From Nitrososphaerales archaeon (GTDB lineage: Archaea > Thermoproteota > Nitrososphaeria > Nitrososphaerales > UBA213): 64,000 bases of DNA. The translations under genes were made by a program, and so were the position numbers. Shown here in pieces: positions 22,648-33,907 of this stretch; the stretch's first letter is position 1, and each line of letters begins with the position of its first letter. The notes below the pieces were generated by a model that was given only the letters and a program-made list of their open reading frames with translations, was not told the DNA's origin and did not search any database. Where the stretch lies: NCBI GenBank assembly GCA_965197925.1, contig CBDAOC010000019.1, positions 32,001-96,000 on the forward strand. Reading direction: 5' to 3'.

Positions 22648-22980
22648 TCATATTGTAAACGAAGTAACAATTACCTTAGGATCTATAACAGACCGCCTTT
22701 CAGGCTTTCCAATGATCGTGCGAACCGCACGAGTTACTTTGACACCTTTATTGGCACACTTTTCGCAGTGAAGGTGATACTTGTAACCAATGGTAGGTTC
22801 TGTGATACAATATGATCTTTGATTCTGTAACTTTGGTTGTGTGTTATCTGCTTGTTTATCCGAAAGGTTACGCCTTTCATAAGAGCTTTCAGGAACACAC
22901 GCATTCCAATTAATGGACCTAATCGAGGTTCTTTCCTTCTTTGTTTCATGAGGGGCATCTAAGAGTAGAGTTGTAGCCAT
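22648..22980 (-). CDS. Hypothetical protein, possibly decayed
   Basis: 110-aa ORF with HCEKC; no recognised family. Confidence 0.3.
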   Translation of the reverse strand: MATTLLLDAPHETKKERTSIRSINWNACVPESSYERRNLSDKQADNTQPKLQNQRSYCITEPTIGYKYHLHCEKCANKGVKVTRAVRTIIGKPERRSVIDPKVIVTSFTI

Positions 22981-23274
22981 TCTTCTTACACCTCATAATA
23001 CAATTGGCTCGATTCTACGGCTGCTTGATTGCCGATTTCAATCATTCTCTTTTGCATAGAAGTATGATACAAAACCAACAATAAAAAAAAGACGGAAATA
23101 TTGGACCCAATTCAGTTCCATATTGGAAAAAATTGTCTCTATAAATTACCCGGGTCTAAGCAGACAAAACCTGAAGGCAATAGGACATCATTTTCTATTG
23201 CCTTGGTAATTAACAAATCTCCAGTGTTCCTTATCATCTTATCATTCTCAATTGAATGAGCTCTATTCTACTTA

Positions 23275-24330
23275 GAGCTTATCCTAAAATTAACATCATA
23301 GCCTAATTGTTTATACCGAAACAGATCTAGATCTGTCCTCTCTAGCTAAATTTGTGATAAAAGCTAAGAAAAAGAGCATGCCGACCATATGGCATATACC
23401 AGACAATCTATGGGTAGAGTTCAAACTAGTGTTGCTACCAGAGAAACCAGCAAGAACAGTTGGAAGGCCAGCTGTGCCATTTAGAAAAGTGTTGAATGGA
23501 ATACTGTATGTATTAAGAACTGGATGCCAGTGGAAGAAGGTATCTAAAGAATTTGGTTCTGGTTCAACTTGCCATGCAAGATTTCAGGAATGGATTGGGA
23601 TAGGAGTATTCAAGAAGGTATGGAAGAGGCTGCTGGAAATATATGATGAATTGAAGGGTATAGGATGGGACTGGCAATCCATGGATAGCGTACCGAAGGC
23701 CCCATTAGGGGGAAAACGACCGGAGCAAACCCAACGGATAGAGGCAAGCTAGGTACCAAACGTCACATGCTGGTTGATAGAAGAGGTATTCCTCTCTCAT
23801 CTGTAATTACTGGAGCAAACAAGCACGATATGAAATCAGCCTTTCCTACAATAGATAGCATTGTTGTTGATAGGCCCAAAGTTAAACAGAACATATGCAT
23901 GAATAGGATATGATTTCCCTGAGATAGAGTATGGAGTATGAAATATGGAGTTAGGAAGGGGATATGTGGATCACATTCGTCATAAGGGTGAAGTATTGAA
24001 AAAGAATTTGTACAAAGCAAAGAGATGGGTTGTAGAAAGAACCGCATCTTGGCATAACAGGTTCAGAAAGTTATTGGTAAGGTTCGAGAAGAGAGAGGAA
24101 AATTATCAGGCGCTAGTAGAATTTGCTAACTGCCTAATAGTGTATAGAGCGATATATTGGTAGTGTCATAAACACGTTAATGCAACTGTTTCTAGTATCT
24201 ACTATCTACAATACTAATAAAATCAATAGTAAGAAAACTAAACCTAATATTATGAACTAATATTCTTGCATTCTAAATGTTATCATTTCTACCAATCATT
24301 AACTATCAGCTAGAATTTTAGGATAGGCTC
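23275..24330 (+). mobile_element. IS family A, full-length copy with TTA target duplication
   Basis: TTA-GAGCTTATCCTAAAATT ... AATTTTAGGATAGGCTC-TTA; contains the intact palindrome ACAGATCTAGATCTGT; right TIR is tandemly duplicated to 24350. Confidence 0.92.
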
Positions 24331-25086
24331 TTATTTTAGGATAGGCTCTTAAACCAATCATAAACACAGATTCAATTAAACATTGTTAATTCGTCTTTAT
24401 GTTCTACTCATAGAAACTCTCTAAAAGTAAATCAATTTATAAATCAGGAATAATCTTTTTGAGAGTATATCCTCTGGGCCTTTACCTATTCTAAATTGTA
24501 AGTAACTTAGACCATTCTTCGAATGATATTATTTTGCTCATGTTTGATGTATTTCCTTATTTACTTCGACTAACTTTTGGTTATTAATTATTGTGATCCT
24601 ATTATTGTTTGAAAACCTATTTGATAGCATATCTTCCATTTGTTTGAGTCAAAAGGTGAATTGGGAATTATATTAGGATAATCGAGAATAATTTTGGTTT
24701 CTTCTGTCCATGAACAAATTCATCTAATATAATAATTCCAATGGTATAATGGCTCTGGGTGTAAATAAGCGGCGACATCTTTTTGATATAAATATTGTGA
24801 TGCAGTTGCTATCCTTGGTTTCTATTATCGGTGAGTAGATACTTCAACTAATAGGATTACCTAGACTTTTGGCATGATACACAGGTAAAACATCACTTAG
24901 TTTTGCAATGGAAACAATATTGACTTTTTATCCAATTATTAGAATTAGATGTTTGAATTCTACATCGAAAGAGAAAGCAGCAAACTAAGCTGGGATTAAA
25001 AAGTATGAAATTATCATTAGTAGAAGGAACTAGAGATAGTTCTCTTTATTACTCATTTTCACGAACCATCAATAATTATTCTTACT

Positions 25087-26908
25087 TTAGGGCTGATAAT
25101 AATTAGACAATAGTATAGGTAACGCCTCTACAGCCGTTGACCTTAGTGAATAGTCCATCAAATCAGTTAATGAAGAGCATTCAGGATTTATTTCTATAAG
25201 AATAGCTCCTCCCTCTTTTGCGTAGATTGGTAACTGATTTGCTGGTGAAACCATAAGGGATGTTCCTACTATAATCATAACATCGCAACTACACGCTTTG
25301 ATAGTAGCCTCCTGCCAACATTTAATTAATTCACCAAATAAAACAATATCAGGCCGCAAGTGATTCCCGCATGTTTCACACAATGGTGGAGGCGTTGGAA
25401 ACCTATTTCCTAAATCTCCCTTAAAATCACATATAGTACACTTTGTTTTGAATATATTTCCATGAAGTTCTATAACATTTTTACTTCCTGCATTTTGGTG
25501 CAATCCGTCAATATTTTGAGTTACTATATAACCGAGGCATGGACATAATTTCATAACAAAAATAACTTGATGCATCTGATTGATTAACTTCCGAGCATGT
25601 GCTTCAATGCCCTTAATGGTCTTCCTGTTAGATGATTGTAGTAAACCATTACCTGATACAATAATACAGATAACAATACAATGCTCCTTACCTTATCAAA
25701 TCCTCTAACTGGCAATGGATCTATGGTAAATACATCCTTCATATGCTCTATCAATGGCTCAACGCTTATGCTCCTCCGAGAATATACATGCTGCCCAAAT
25801 TCAGAGTTATAGAACTGCAGCAATGCCAGTCTATTATTATCTGTAGTATGCCTATACCTTTCCAATGGGAATACTGGATGCCCTCTATACCTGCTGAAAT
25901 CACATAACTTGTGACATCATATCCTTCATCTCCTACAACATACCTTACCATTCCTGTAGGCAATGAAGATGTTATGCTTTCATACATCTTGTTATCAGTA
26001 ATGTTAGCTGTTGTGAAATCAGCTGATAATGGAACTATCAACGAACCAGTACTACATGCTAGATGCATCTTGTATCCGAATACCCATCCCTTGGTTCTGC
26101 TGTAGCCCCATCGAGCATCTGTATCTATACCGGAGCGTGGCACTTCATTCTTCTTCATGTTTGATCTATGCCATAGATGTCCCTTTGCTTTCAACAATGA
26201 ACTGTCAACGGATACTATGGCTGGGTCTACCAACCCATCTTTTATGAAGAGCATATCCATAGCACCTATCCTTGATCTTATGTCAATTGATATAGCCTTG
26301 AACCTTCTGTCGAATGTTCTTTTATCTGGCAACCTATCAAGACCACATGATTCCATAACTCTCCTGTTGTATGGCATGTCTAACGAAAAATATTCATGCA
26401 AAGCATTGTTGCTTGGTATTCTTACCCATACTCTAACGATGAAGCATCTCACCATAACTGTAGGAGAATTGTAGAATGGTCTACCCCTTTTCCTATTAGG
26501 TTTTGACTAGAATCACGTCGATCAAAAATAATATACGAAGAAGTATGGAGTCTGAGCTAAACACATTACCAATGAAAAATGGAACCTGATCTTATCGTTT
26601 CGACCGGCTTAATTATGCCCAAGCCTCATATAACCATCTCTTGAGTTTTCAATATCTGCAATAGCTTCATGCCCAGGATTAGGTTGAGCATTAAGAACTT
26701 TTCTTCGCCTCGCATAATACCATTCCCATACTAGTTTTGGATTATTATTTAATGCTACAGGCGTAGCAAGTTTAGTAGGATCATACCTTTTCCATAAACC
26801 ATCGTTGCCTCTAAAGGTCGCAAGACCATTTTCCTGTGATAATCCCGCACCAGTAAAAAAGACTATGCCATTTGCTTTCTGTATATGCTGTGCGATCGAC
26901 TTGTACAT
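25087..26908 (-). pseudogene. cobB: Sirtuin (NAD-dependent deacylase) split by IS B
   Basis: N-half FTGAGLSQENGLATFRG..GLW...PNPGH; C-half IVTQNIDGLHQ.AG, ELHG, LRPDIVLFGE, VGTSL.V.PA, EIN. Confidence 0.9.
25534..26627 (-). mobile_element. IS family B full-length copy with 8-bp TSD ATATAACC
   Basis: GAGGC...GCCTC ends; DSS/GDEGYD/SVE DDE motifs; TSD at 25526-25533 and 26628-26635; transposase frameshifted. Confidence 0.92.
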
Positions 26909-27520
26909 GAATTTACTATTGATTGATCTCTGCAGTAATTATTCGTTTGTAGTTTGAAAAAACCTTTCAACAAATATTCCGATCAAGAAGGGTTTTGTGA
27001 TTATTCATATGTATATGATAATAAGTTGAATAGAGATTCAGAACCCTTTGTTTAACTAACTGTTGGTATGATTATTATTCATACCATAATTACACTTTTT
27101 TGAATATCGATATTAGGGGATTTGTATTTTGTTCTTAAATTATTTATAAGAAAAGAATATCCTCATCGCTTAAGAAAAGGAATTTAATATGGGAATTCAT
27201 TTATTAATTAGAAACCGCTTATGTAAATGAATATAGCAGATTCCTGACAGACAGGACCAAACCTTTGGGGATGTATGTTTCTATCTGCCATTAATATACA
27301 TCAAATGCTGACATTATTTAATTCGCCATTTCCGGTTATTGCTTTAACAGATGTTCAAGTCCTATTTTATTGAACTGATCTTTAGTATTAATATGATAAT
27401 ATTTGCTCTCAGGAGAACTACAAGAGAGCGACCCAATAACTCTCGCTTATTATTGCGAAAATGGTATAATCATTTAATACTCTACAAATTTTTGAATATG
27501 TCAAAGGTTTATATTTTTGA

Positions 27521-27781
27521 ATGGTTAATCGAAAATTCGTGGACCAGCAACCTACTAGGACAAGAAGCAAATGGTGGCATCTATTACCAATATTCTTTAA
27601 TTTGTTAGGTGGTGTAATTGCTTATTTCGCAATAAGACATGATGATCCTAAAAAAGCCAAAAATTGTCTATGGATTGGTATCATATTGACTGCAATTAAT
27701 ATTAGTATTGGAGTGATTGTGTTCTTGTTCACCCAGCCTACTGAGCTTTCTTCATTCACTCAGCTCTGGACAGTGGTATGA
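27521..27781 (+). CDS. Small conserved two-TM membrane protein
   Basis: WWHLLPIFFNLLGGVIAYFAIRHDDPKKAKNCLWIG. Confidence 0.7.
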   Translation: MVNRKFVDQQPTRTRSKWWHLLPIFFNLLGGVIAYFAIRHDDPKKAKNCLWIGIILTAINISIGVIVFLFTQPTELSSFTQLWTVV

Positions 27782-27921
27782 ATTTTGTAATATTGCACTG
27801 GTGGATAGGTCATGAAATATATGAAACAAAGCATCACCTTGTATATTATAAATCCTAACACATACCAAATTAGAACAGGTTATAAGATCCCAAATATTTA
27901 AGGTCCAGTAGGTAATTGGTT

Positions 27922-29011
27922 GAGGCATGGGCATTATTCCATATAACAAAAATAACTTGATGCATCTGATTGATTAACTTCCGAGCATGTGCTTCAATGC
28001 CCTTAATGGTCTTCCTGTTAGATGATTGTAGTAAACCATTACCTGATACAATAATACAGATAACAATACAATGCTCCTTACCTTATCAAATCCTCTAACT
28101 GGCAATGGATCTATGGTAAATACATCCTTCATATGCTCTATCAATGGCTCAACGCTTATGCTCCTCCGAGAATATACATGCTGCCCAAATTCAGAGTTAT
28201 AGAACTGCAGCAATGCCAGTCTATTATTATCTGTAGTATGCCTATACCTTTCCAATGGGAATACTGGATGCCCTCTATACCTGCTGAAATCACATAACTT
28301 GTGATCATCATATCCTTCATCTCCTACAACATACCTCACCATTCCTAAAGGCAATGAAGATGTTATGCTTTCATACATCTTGTTATCAGTAATGTTAGCT
28401 GTTGTGAAATCAGCTGATAATGGAACTATCAACGAACCTGTGCTAGATGCTAGATGCAGTTTGTATCCGAATACCCGTCCCTTAGTTCTGCTGTAGCCCC
28501 ATCGAGCATCTGTATCTATACCTGAACGTGGTACTTCATTCTTCATGTTTGATCTATGCCATACATGTCCCTTTGCTTTCAACAATGAACTGTCAACGGA
28601 TACTATGGATGAGTCTACCAACCCATCTTTTATGAAGAGCACACCCATAACATCTATCCTTGATCTTATGTCAATTGATACGGCCTTGAACCTTCTGTCG
28701 AATGTTCTTTTATCTGGCAACCTATCAAGACCACATGCCTTCATTACCTTCCTGTTGTATGGCATGTCTATCAAAAAGTTTCATGCAAAGCATTGTTGCT
28801 TGGTATTCTTACCCATACTCTAACGATGAAGCATCTCACCATAACTGTAGGAGAATTGTAGAATGGTCTACCCCTTTTCCTATTAGGTTTTGACTAGAAT
28901 CACGTCGATCAAAAATAATATACGAAGAAGTATGGAGTCTGAGCTAAACATATCAACAATAAAAACTAGAACCTGATCTTATCGTTTCGAACTAAATTAC
29001 GCCCAAGCCTC
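27922..29011 (-). mobile_element. IS family B full-length copy with 8-bp TSD AATTGGTT
   Basis: TSD at 27914-27921 and 29012-29019; transposase 27974..28774 plus a frameshifted 5' part. Confidence 0.92.
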
Positions 29012-29025
29012 AATTGGTTGTCTAA

Positions 29026-29877
29026 ATGAGGAATAGAGTGAATTTAATTATTCTGTTACCATTACTGATACCATTTGCAGCCATAGCTACTATGGATGAA
29101 GCCTTTGCAAAGAGAGTCACAGTCGATCAGGTACAAGGTGCATCCAATCCTAAGAATGAAGAATTTTTTGTGCCAGAACAAGTAACCATCAATATAGGGG
29201 ATACAGTTGTCTGGACTGATTCTGATAGAACTACCCATACAATAACTAGCGGGGATATTGATGATCATGATACTTGGGGCCTGATATTTGACTCTGGACT
29301 AGCTATGCCGGGTGCAACATTTGAGCACATATTCGATACAGTAGGCGAGTATCCATATTTCTGCACGTTGCATGAATGGATGAAGGGAAAAGTGATAGTT
29401 ATTGAAGGGGTGGATGATGGTACCGTAGGGGAAGGCATGATGGGTGGACCGAATGAAGAAAAGGTTACTGTGAGCTTCGAAGATTACTCTTTCGATTTAG
29501 ATATTTCTCTCACTAATGGCAATGTTGAATTCATTGATCTTGATCCAGACTTTACGAGTTTAGTATTGACACTACAAACTAGTGAGACTGTAAATGGTGA
29601 ATTGATAATAAACTTGCCCAGAGAACTAATTGATTCAAAAATTAATGGTGTCGATGATGACTTTATAATAATTGTAAATAGGGAGCTGTCAGACTATACG
29701 GAAGTTCAAACTACTAATGAAAGGGAATTAACAATTCCAATATCTTCAGGAGTAAATGAAATTGAAATTGTTGGAACACAAATTGTACCGGAATTTCCAC
29801 TTACTTTGATGGGAATAATGGGCGTGATGATTGCTACCACTTTAGCAGTCAGTAGAATCAACTATCGAGCGCCATAA
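29026..29877 (+). CDS. Secreted plastocyanin/cupredoxin-domain protein with PEF-CTERM anchor
   Basis: Signal peptide; HTITSG, FDSG, YPYFCTLHEWMKG type-1 Cu ligands; VPEFP + TM + basic tail. Confidence 0.88.
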   Translation: MRNRVNLIILLPLLIPFAAIATMDEAFAKRVTVDQVQGASNPKNEEFFVPEQVTINIGDTVVWTDSDRTTHTITSGDIDDHDTWGLIFDSGLAMPGATFEHIFDTVGEYPYFCTLHEWMKGKVIVIEGVDDGTVGEGMMGGPNEEKVTVSFEDYSFDLDISLTNGNVEFIDLDPDFTSLVLTLQTSETVNGELIINLPRELIDSKINGVDDDFIIIVNRELSDYTEVQTTNERELTIPISSGVNEIEIVGTQIVPEFPLTLMGIMGVMIATTLAVSRINYRAP

Positions 29878-30101
29878 TCCCCTAAATGTATACTATCTTA
29901 TGAAAAATTTTGCTGATCAGAATTAATAACTCACCGGAATTGAAGATATAACATAAGAAATTAACTTCAAAATGACTACCAGTTCATTTATAGAAGATTG
30001 TTTGCAGGCTTTCCCAATTCTAAGGTATTTCTCTCTGAGAATGCATGCAGGAGTTTAGATATGGTGGGATTCAACAAATAAATTGTTAGACCCCAATAAT
30101 G

Positions 30102-30173
30102 TGGGTACATTACCCACACACAAATTTCATTCAGTAATGGGTACATTACCCACACACAAATTTCATTCAGTAA
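30102..30173. repeat. 36-bp perfect tandem duplication spanning the cyclophilin stop codon
   Basis: TGGGTACATTACCCACACACAAATTTCATTCAGTAA x2. Confidence 0.9.
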
Positions 30174-30636
30174 TGTTTTCCATTTTAGCATCCTGAAGTG
30201 GAGCATCATTACCATCTCTCTCCAGATTTACAATTTTGTCTACTACTTTCATTCCTTCCAGAACTTTACCAAATACTGTGTAGTTCTTGTCGAGAAAAAT
30301 GGAGTCTTTAACAACTATAAAGAATTGTGAACCAGCACTATCAGGATCATGTGCGCGTGCCATAGAGACTATTCCTCTCACATGACTTTTTGAATTGAAC
30401 TCCGCCTTTATAGTATAACCAGGACCTCCCGCACCCCAAGTCTTCCTGTTATTGTTCTTGCTGTTTGGATCACCCCCTTGAACCATAAAACCCGGTATCA
30501 CTCTATGAAACAAAATTCCGTCATAAAATGAGGATCCAGCTAATTTCATAAAGCTTTCTACTGTTTTTGGTGCATCTTCTGGAAAAAATTCAATTACAAT
30601 TTTACCAAAGTTTGTATCTATAACTCCGTTTTTCAT
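30163..30636 (-). CDS. Cyclophilin-type peptidyl-prolyl isomerase
   Basis: FYDGILFHRVIPGFMVQGGDP, SMARA.DPDSAGSQFFI, YTVFGKV. Confidence 0.93.
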   Translation of the reverse strand: MKNGVIDTNFGKIVIEFFPEDAPKTVESFMKLAGSSFYDGILFHRVIPGFMVQGGDPNSKNNNRKTWGAGGPGYTIKAEFNSKSHVRGIVSMARAHDPDSAGSQFFIVVKDSIFLDKNYTVFGKVLEGMKVVDKIVNLERDGNDAPLQDAKMENITE

Positions 30637-31056
30637 TTAAAAAGAAGTGAGGAGTCATTCTTAAGAATCTTTCTTAATCAAGCGTTGTGGTTCTCCTTCC
30701 AAAATTTGGTACTTAAAAAAGGGTTGATCATTTCGGAAAAGGTATGGAGATGACCTAATAACCTCTCCATATGTATATTTTCGAATTACATGAGCGTTAT
30801 CCAAACTAAGCAAATCCATCGCTCATACGAAACGAAATAATATTGAATCCTCATTGCTAACTCCTTAAAAAGACAGGTTAGTAAGGAAGATCAAGTTTTT
30901 AAAATCATCAGAGCACTAACTAAAGGGTAGTATTAAGAATAAAATGAGAAATTTTGTAGTACTGGAATGACCATTACACATGAAGCTACACCTTTACCAG
31001 AAGACTAATAGCTTTTACTATATTTAGTAAGAATCTTACCGCATATGGTAAGTTAG

Positions 31057-31155
31057 CGGGCTCGGTGGGATTTGAACCCACGACCTACAGCTTCGGAGGC
31101 TGTCACGCTTTCCATATTTCGCGCAAATGCTAGCTTTGCTCTACGCAACGAGCCC
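31057..31155 (-). tRNA. tRNA-Arg(CCG) with a ~24-nt intron in the D-loop
   Basis: Acceptor GGGCTCG/CGAGCCC, anticodon arm ACAGC-CTCCGAA-GCTGT, T arm GTGGG-TTCAAAT-CCCAC; extra sequence after A14-G15; no encoded CCA. Confidence 0.88.
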
Positions 31156-31228
31156 TTATTATAAATTAATATTCACCACATTTAAGGCAATACGGCAACG
31201 TTATTGGAATTTGAAAAAGTCGACGAAT

Positions 31229-31888
31229 TCATTCTTTCAGTAAGTCTTGTACCATATTGTCCAGGTACTCATCTTGGCCAAACACAACATAACGTAGCGC
31301 ACCCTTCTTATCAATCAGAATTGAAGAAGGAGTTCCCTGCAATGCATATTCTTCAAAAGTTTCTGCCGAGAACTTTTTAGTTTTTAGGTACTGCTTAACT
31401 CGATCAATCAAGTCCATCTTCCCCGATTCATCATATGACCTGAACTGAGGAAAGTTTGCTTCCACGAAGTCCATAACTCTGCTTTTTTTCAAATTTTCAG
31501 ACTCTCTTCTGATCGAATCCATCCCTACAGGAAATGGTATCTTGTAGGCTAGCTTGTCACCTTGAAGCATGCCATATTGTGAAAGAGCGTTATGTGTTTC
31601 TCCAATCGTCTCACCCGTATTAAGGAGTAATTCTAGATTCTCAAGTGTGTTTTTATCATAATCTTCGAAAGCCGTTGCTAAGCCCAATACAGTGACACCC
31701 TCACTATGGTACTTCTTGTAAATGTCTATACTTTTGGGTATTCCATACAAAAAACAACCTGGACAGTTCACCTGAAAAACTTCCACCAATACCACATTGT
31801 CCTTTTCCTTGTCAATGTTAGTTGGTACGCCCTGAACCCATTTTGAAACTTTAAGATTTGGTGCTTTACTTCCAATCTTTGTTACCAA
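31229..31888 (-). CDS. Thioredoxin-fold redoxin (TlpA/AhpC-like)
   Basis: IGSKAPNL, VEVFQVNCPGC, QGTPSSILID. Confidence 0.8.
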   Translation of the reverse strand: MVTKIGSKAPNLKVSKWVQGVPTNIDKEKDNVVLVEVFQVNCPGCFLYGIPKSIDIYKKYHSEGVTVLGLATAFEDYDKNTLENLELLLNTGETIGETHNALSQYGMLQGDKLAYKIPFPVGMDSIRRESENLKKSRVMDFVEANFPQFRSYDESGKMDLIDRVKQYLKTKKFSAETFEEYALQGTPSSILIDKKGALRYVVFGQDEYLDNMVQDLLKE

Positions 31889-32089
31889 TACAATGTTGTT
31901 TGTGTGAAGATCAGGATAAAAATGTAATGCCCTTTGAAAGAATCATTATCGACTCACATTTTAGCTCAAAGAATAAAAATGTAATATTGCATCTCTATTA
32001 TGAATCATTTAATTTAGTGTGTTCTATTATGAATTTGCAATACATTATTCAACAACTATTAATTACCTGCACCAACGAAGCGGCTAATA

Positions 32090-32926
32090 ATGGTAGATTC
32101 CTCTGGAATAATATTCACACTTATAGCGGCCGTAAGCTGGGGCACCTACTTGGTACCAATCAAAAAGTTTGGTATCACTAATATTTTTCATACTCAAGGT
32201 GCAATTGGAATAGGAGCGATTCTTCTAGCATTGGTAATATTGCCTTTTTATGGTTCCTTAACAATAGATATTTCTGGAATAACCGCAGGTGCCATTTGGG
32301 TCTCAGGTAGTACCCTAGGTATTTTTGCCATCAAATACTTAGGTTTAGGAAGAACAGCACCATTAGTAGGAAGTATAATAATTATAACATCATTTCTCTG
32401 GGGCCTAATATTTTTCCAGGAGCAATTAAATTCGCTTTCTTATGCAGTAATAGGTGTAGCAATGCTTTCTTCTGGAATGCCATTAGTTGCTGTTAGAGAA
32501 AAGAAACGCAGAGATTTGAGGGGCTACATTATAGCTGTGCTTGCCGGAATTCTGTGGGGAAGTGTTTTCGTTCCAATTCGGTTGATAAGTGAAATGGAAA
32601 ACAGCTTCTTTTCGATGTCCGTGGTAATATTTGTAGTTGGTATTGGGATACTTATTGCCACGAGGCGCTTTCGAAAGAAAGAGACGATAACTGGTATAGT
32701 GTCTGGCGCAATATGGAACGTAGGAAATGTTGCGAGCTTTCTTGCAGTTGCTGTACTAGGTCTAACTATTGGATATCCATTAACACAATTAGCCTTGCTG
32801 TTCAACATATCGTGGGGCTTATTCTACTTCAAAGAAGCATCACGGCGTAAGAGCTTTGCAACAATATACGCCGGGGCAGCAATTATGATTCTAGGTTCAG
32901 TATTCCTATCGTATAGTTCAGGATGA
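32090..32926 (+). CDS. DMT-superfamily (GRP/EamA-like) transporter
   Basis: About 10 TM helices in two repeats; WGTY.VP / WGSVFVP, GAIW..GN, WGL..F.E. Confidence 0.75.
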   Translation: MVDSSGIIFTLIAAVSWGTYLVPIKKFGITNIFHTQGAIGIGAILLALVILPFYGSLTIDISGITAGAIWVSGSTLGIFAIKYLGLGRTAPLVGSIIIITSFLWGLIFFQEQLNSLSYAVIGVAMLSSGMPLVAVREKKRRDLRGYIIAVLAGILWGSVFVPIRLISEMENSFFSMSVVIFVVGIGILIATRRFRKKETITGIVSGAIWNVGNVASFLAVAVLGLTIGYPLTQLALLFNISWGLFYFKEASRRKSFATIYAGAAIMILGSVFLSYSSG

Positions 32927-33907
32927 CTTTAAGATAGCCGCTGCTTGTTTCGCAAAATATGTTATAATTATGTCCGCACCTGCACGTTTTATTGACGTCA
33001 ACAATTCGAGAATTACTACATCTTCATCTATCATTCCTTGCTTCCCAGCAGCTTTTACCAGTGCATATTCTCCTGACACGCTGAAAGCTGCTAACGGTAC
33101 ATGATACATCTGTTTTGCTCTGTAGATGAGGTCTAAATAAGCAATAGCTGGTTTGACCATCACTAGATCGGCACCCTCGTTTATGTCAAGTTCGATTTCC
33201 CGAAGGGCTTCATTTGGATTTGAATAGGATAATTGGTAGCTTTTGCGGTCCCCAAATTTTGGGGCAGAGTGCGCAGCATCCCTGAATGGGGCATACATTG
33301 GAGAAGCATGCTTTGCAGAATACGACAATATTGCCACATCCGTGAAACCATTATCATCCAGGCCTGCTCTTATTGCCTTCACTTGCCCGTCCATCATAGC
33401 AGACGGAGCAACGATATCTGTTCCTGCTCGTGCATGACTTACAGCTATCTTCGCAAGTGTTTCAATACTTCTATCATTGTCTATAGTTGTATCATTTACA
33501 AGCCCGCAATGTCCATTTGTAGTGTATTGACATAAACACACATCAGTTACAATTGCAACTTCGTCTGCAACCTCTTTCCTGATCAACGAGACTGCTTTTT
33601 GCACAATACCGTTGTCGTCAAATGCTGATGTGCCAAGGTCGTCCTTTTTAGCTGGTATACCGAATATTATTACCGCAGGGATGCCTAAAGATGTTATTTC
33701 CCTTACTTCATCTGTAACAAATCCTATTGGCAAGGTCTTCATTCCTGGAAGTGATCTTATATCCTCCGGTTCTGACAACCCTTCTTGCACAAACAATGGA
33801 GCAACAAGATCACTTGTGGAAAGACGGACATCTTGCAACAAGTCTCTAATCTTTCTATTTTTTCTTAATCTTAAAGACCTTACCTTTGGAAAACAACTAT
33901 CGCTCAT
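32918..33907 (-). CDS. hemB: Porphobilinogen synthase
   Basis: DVCLCQYT.NGHCG, APSAMMDG, YAPFRDAA.S, VMVKPA. Confidence 0.96.
   Translation of the reverse strand: MSDSCFPKVRSLRLRKNRKIRDLLQDVRLSTSDLVAPLFVQEGLSEPEDIRSLPGMKTLPIGFVTDEVREITSLGIPAVIIFGIPAKKDDLGTSAFDDNGIVQKAVSLIRKEVADEVAIVTDVCLCQYTTNGHCGLVNDTTIDNDRSIETLAKIAVSHARAGTDIVAPSAMMDGQVKAIRAGLDDNGFTDVAILSYSAKHASPMYAPFRDAAHSAPKFGDRKSYQLSYSNPNEALREIELDINEGADLVMVKPAIAYLDLIYRAKQMYHVPLAAFSVSGEYALVKAAGKQGMIDEDVVILELLTSIKRAGADIIITYFAKQAAAILKSS

Noticed and set aside
29988..30215. ORF with repeated LLNEICVWVMYP
   Set aside because: By-product of the 36-bp tandem duplication overlapping the cyclophilin end
31057..31155. tRNA-Arg as integration site of the elements
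   Set aside because: No duplicated tRNA 3' fragment was seen at any element boundary, and the tRNA is 9-21 kb away from the nearest ends
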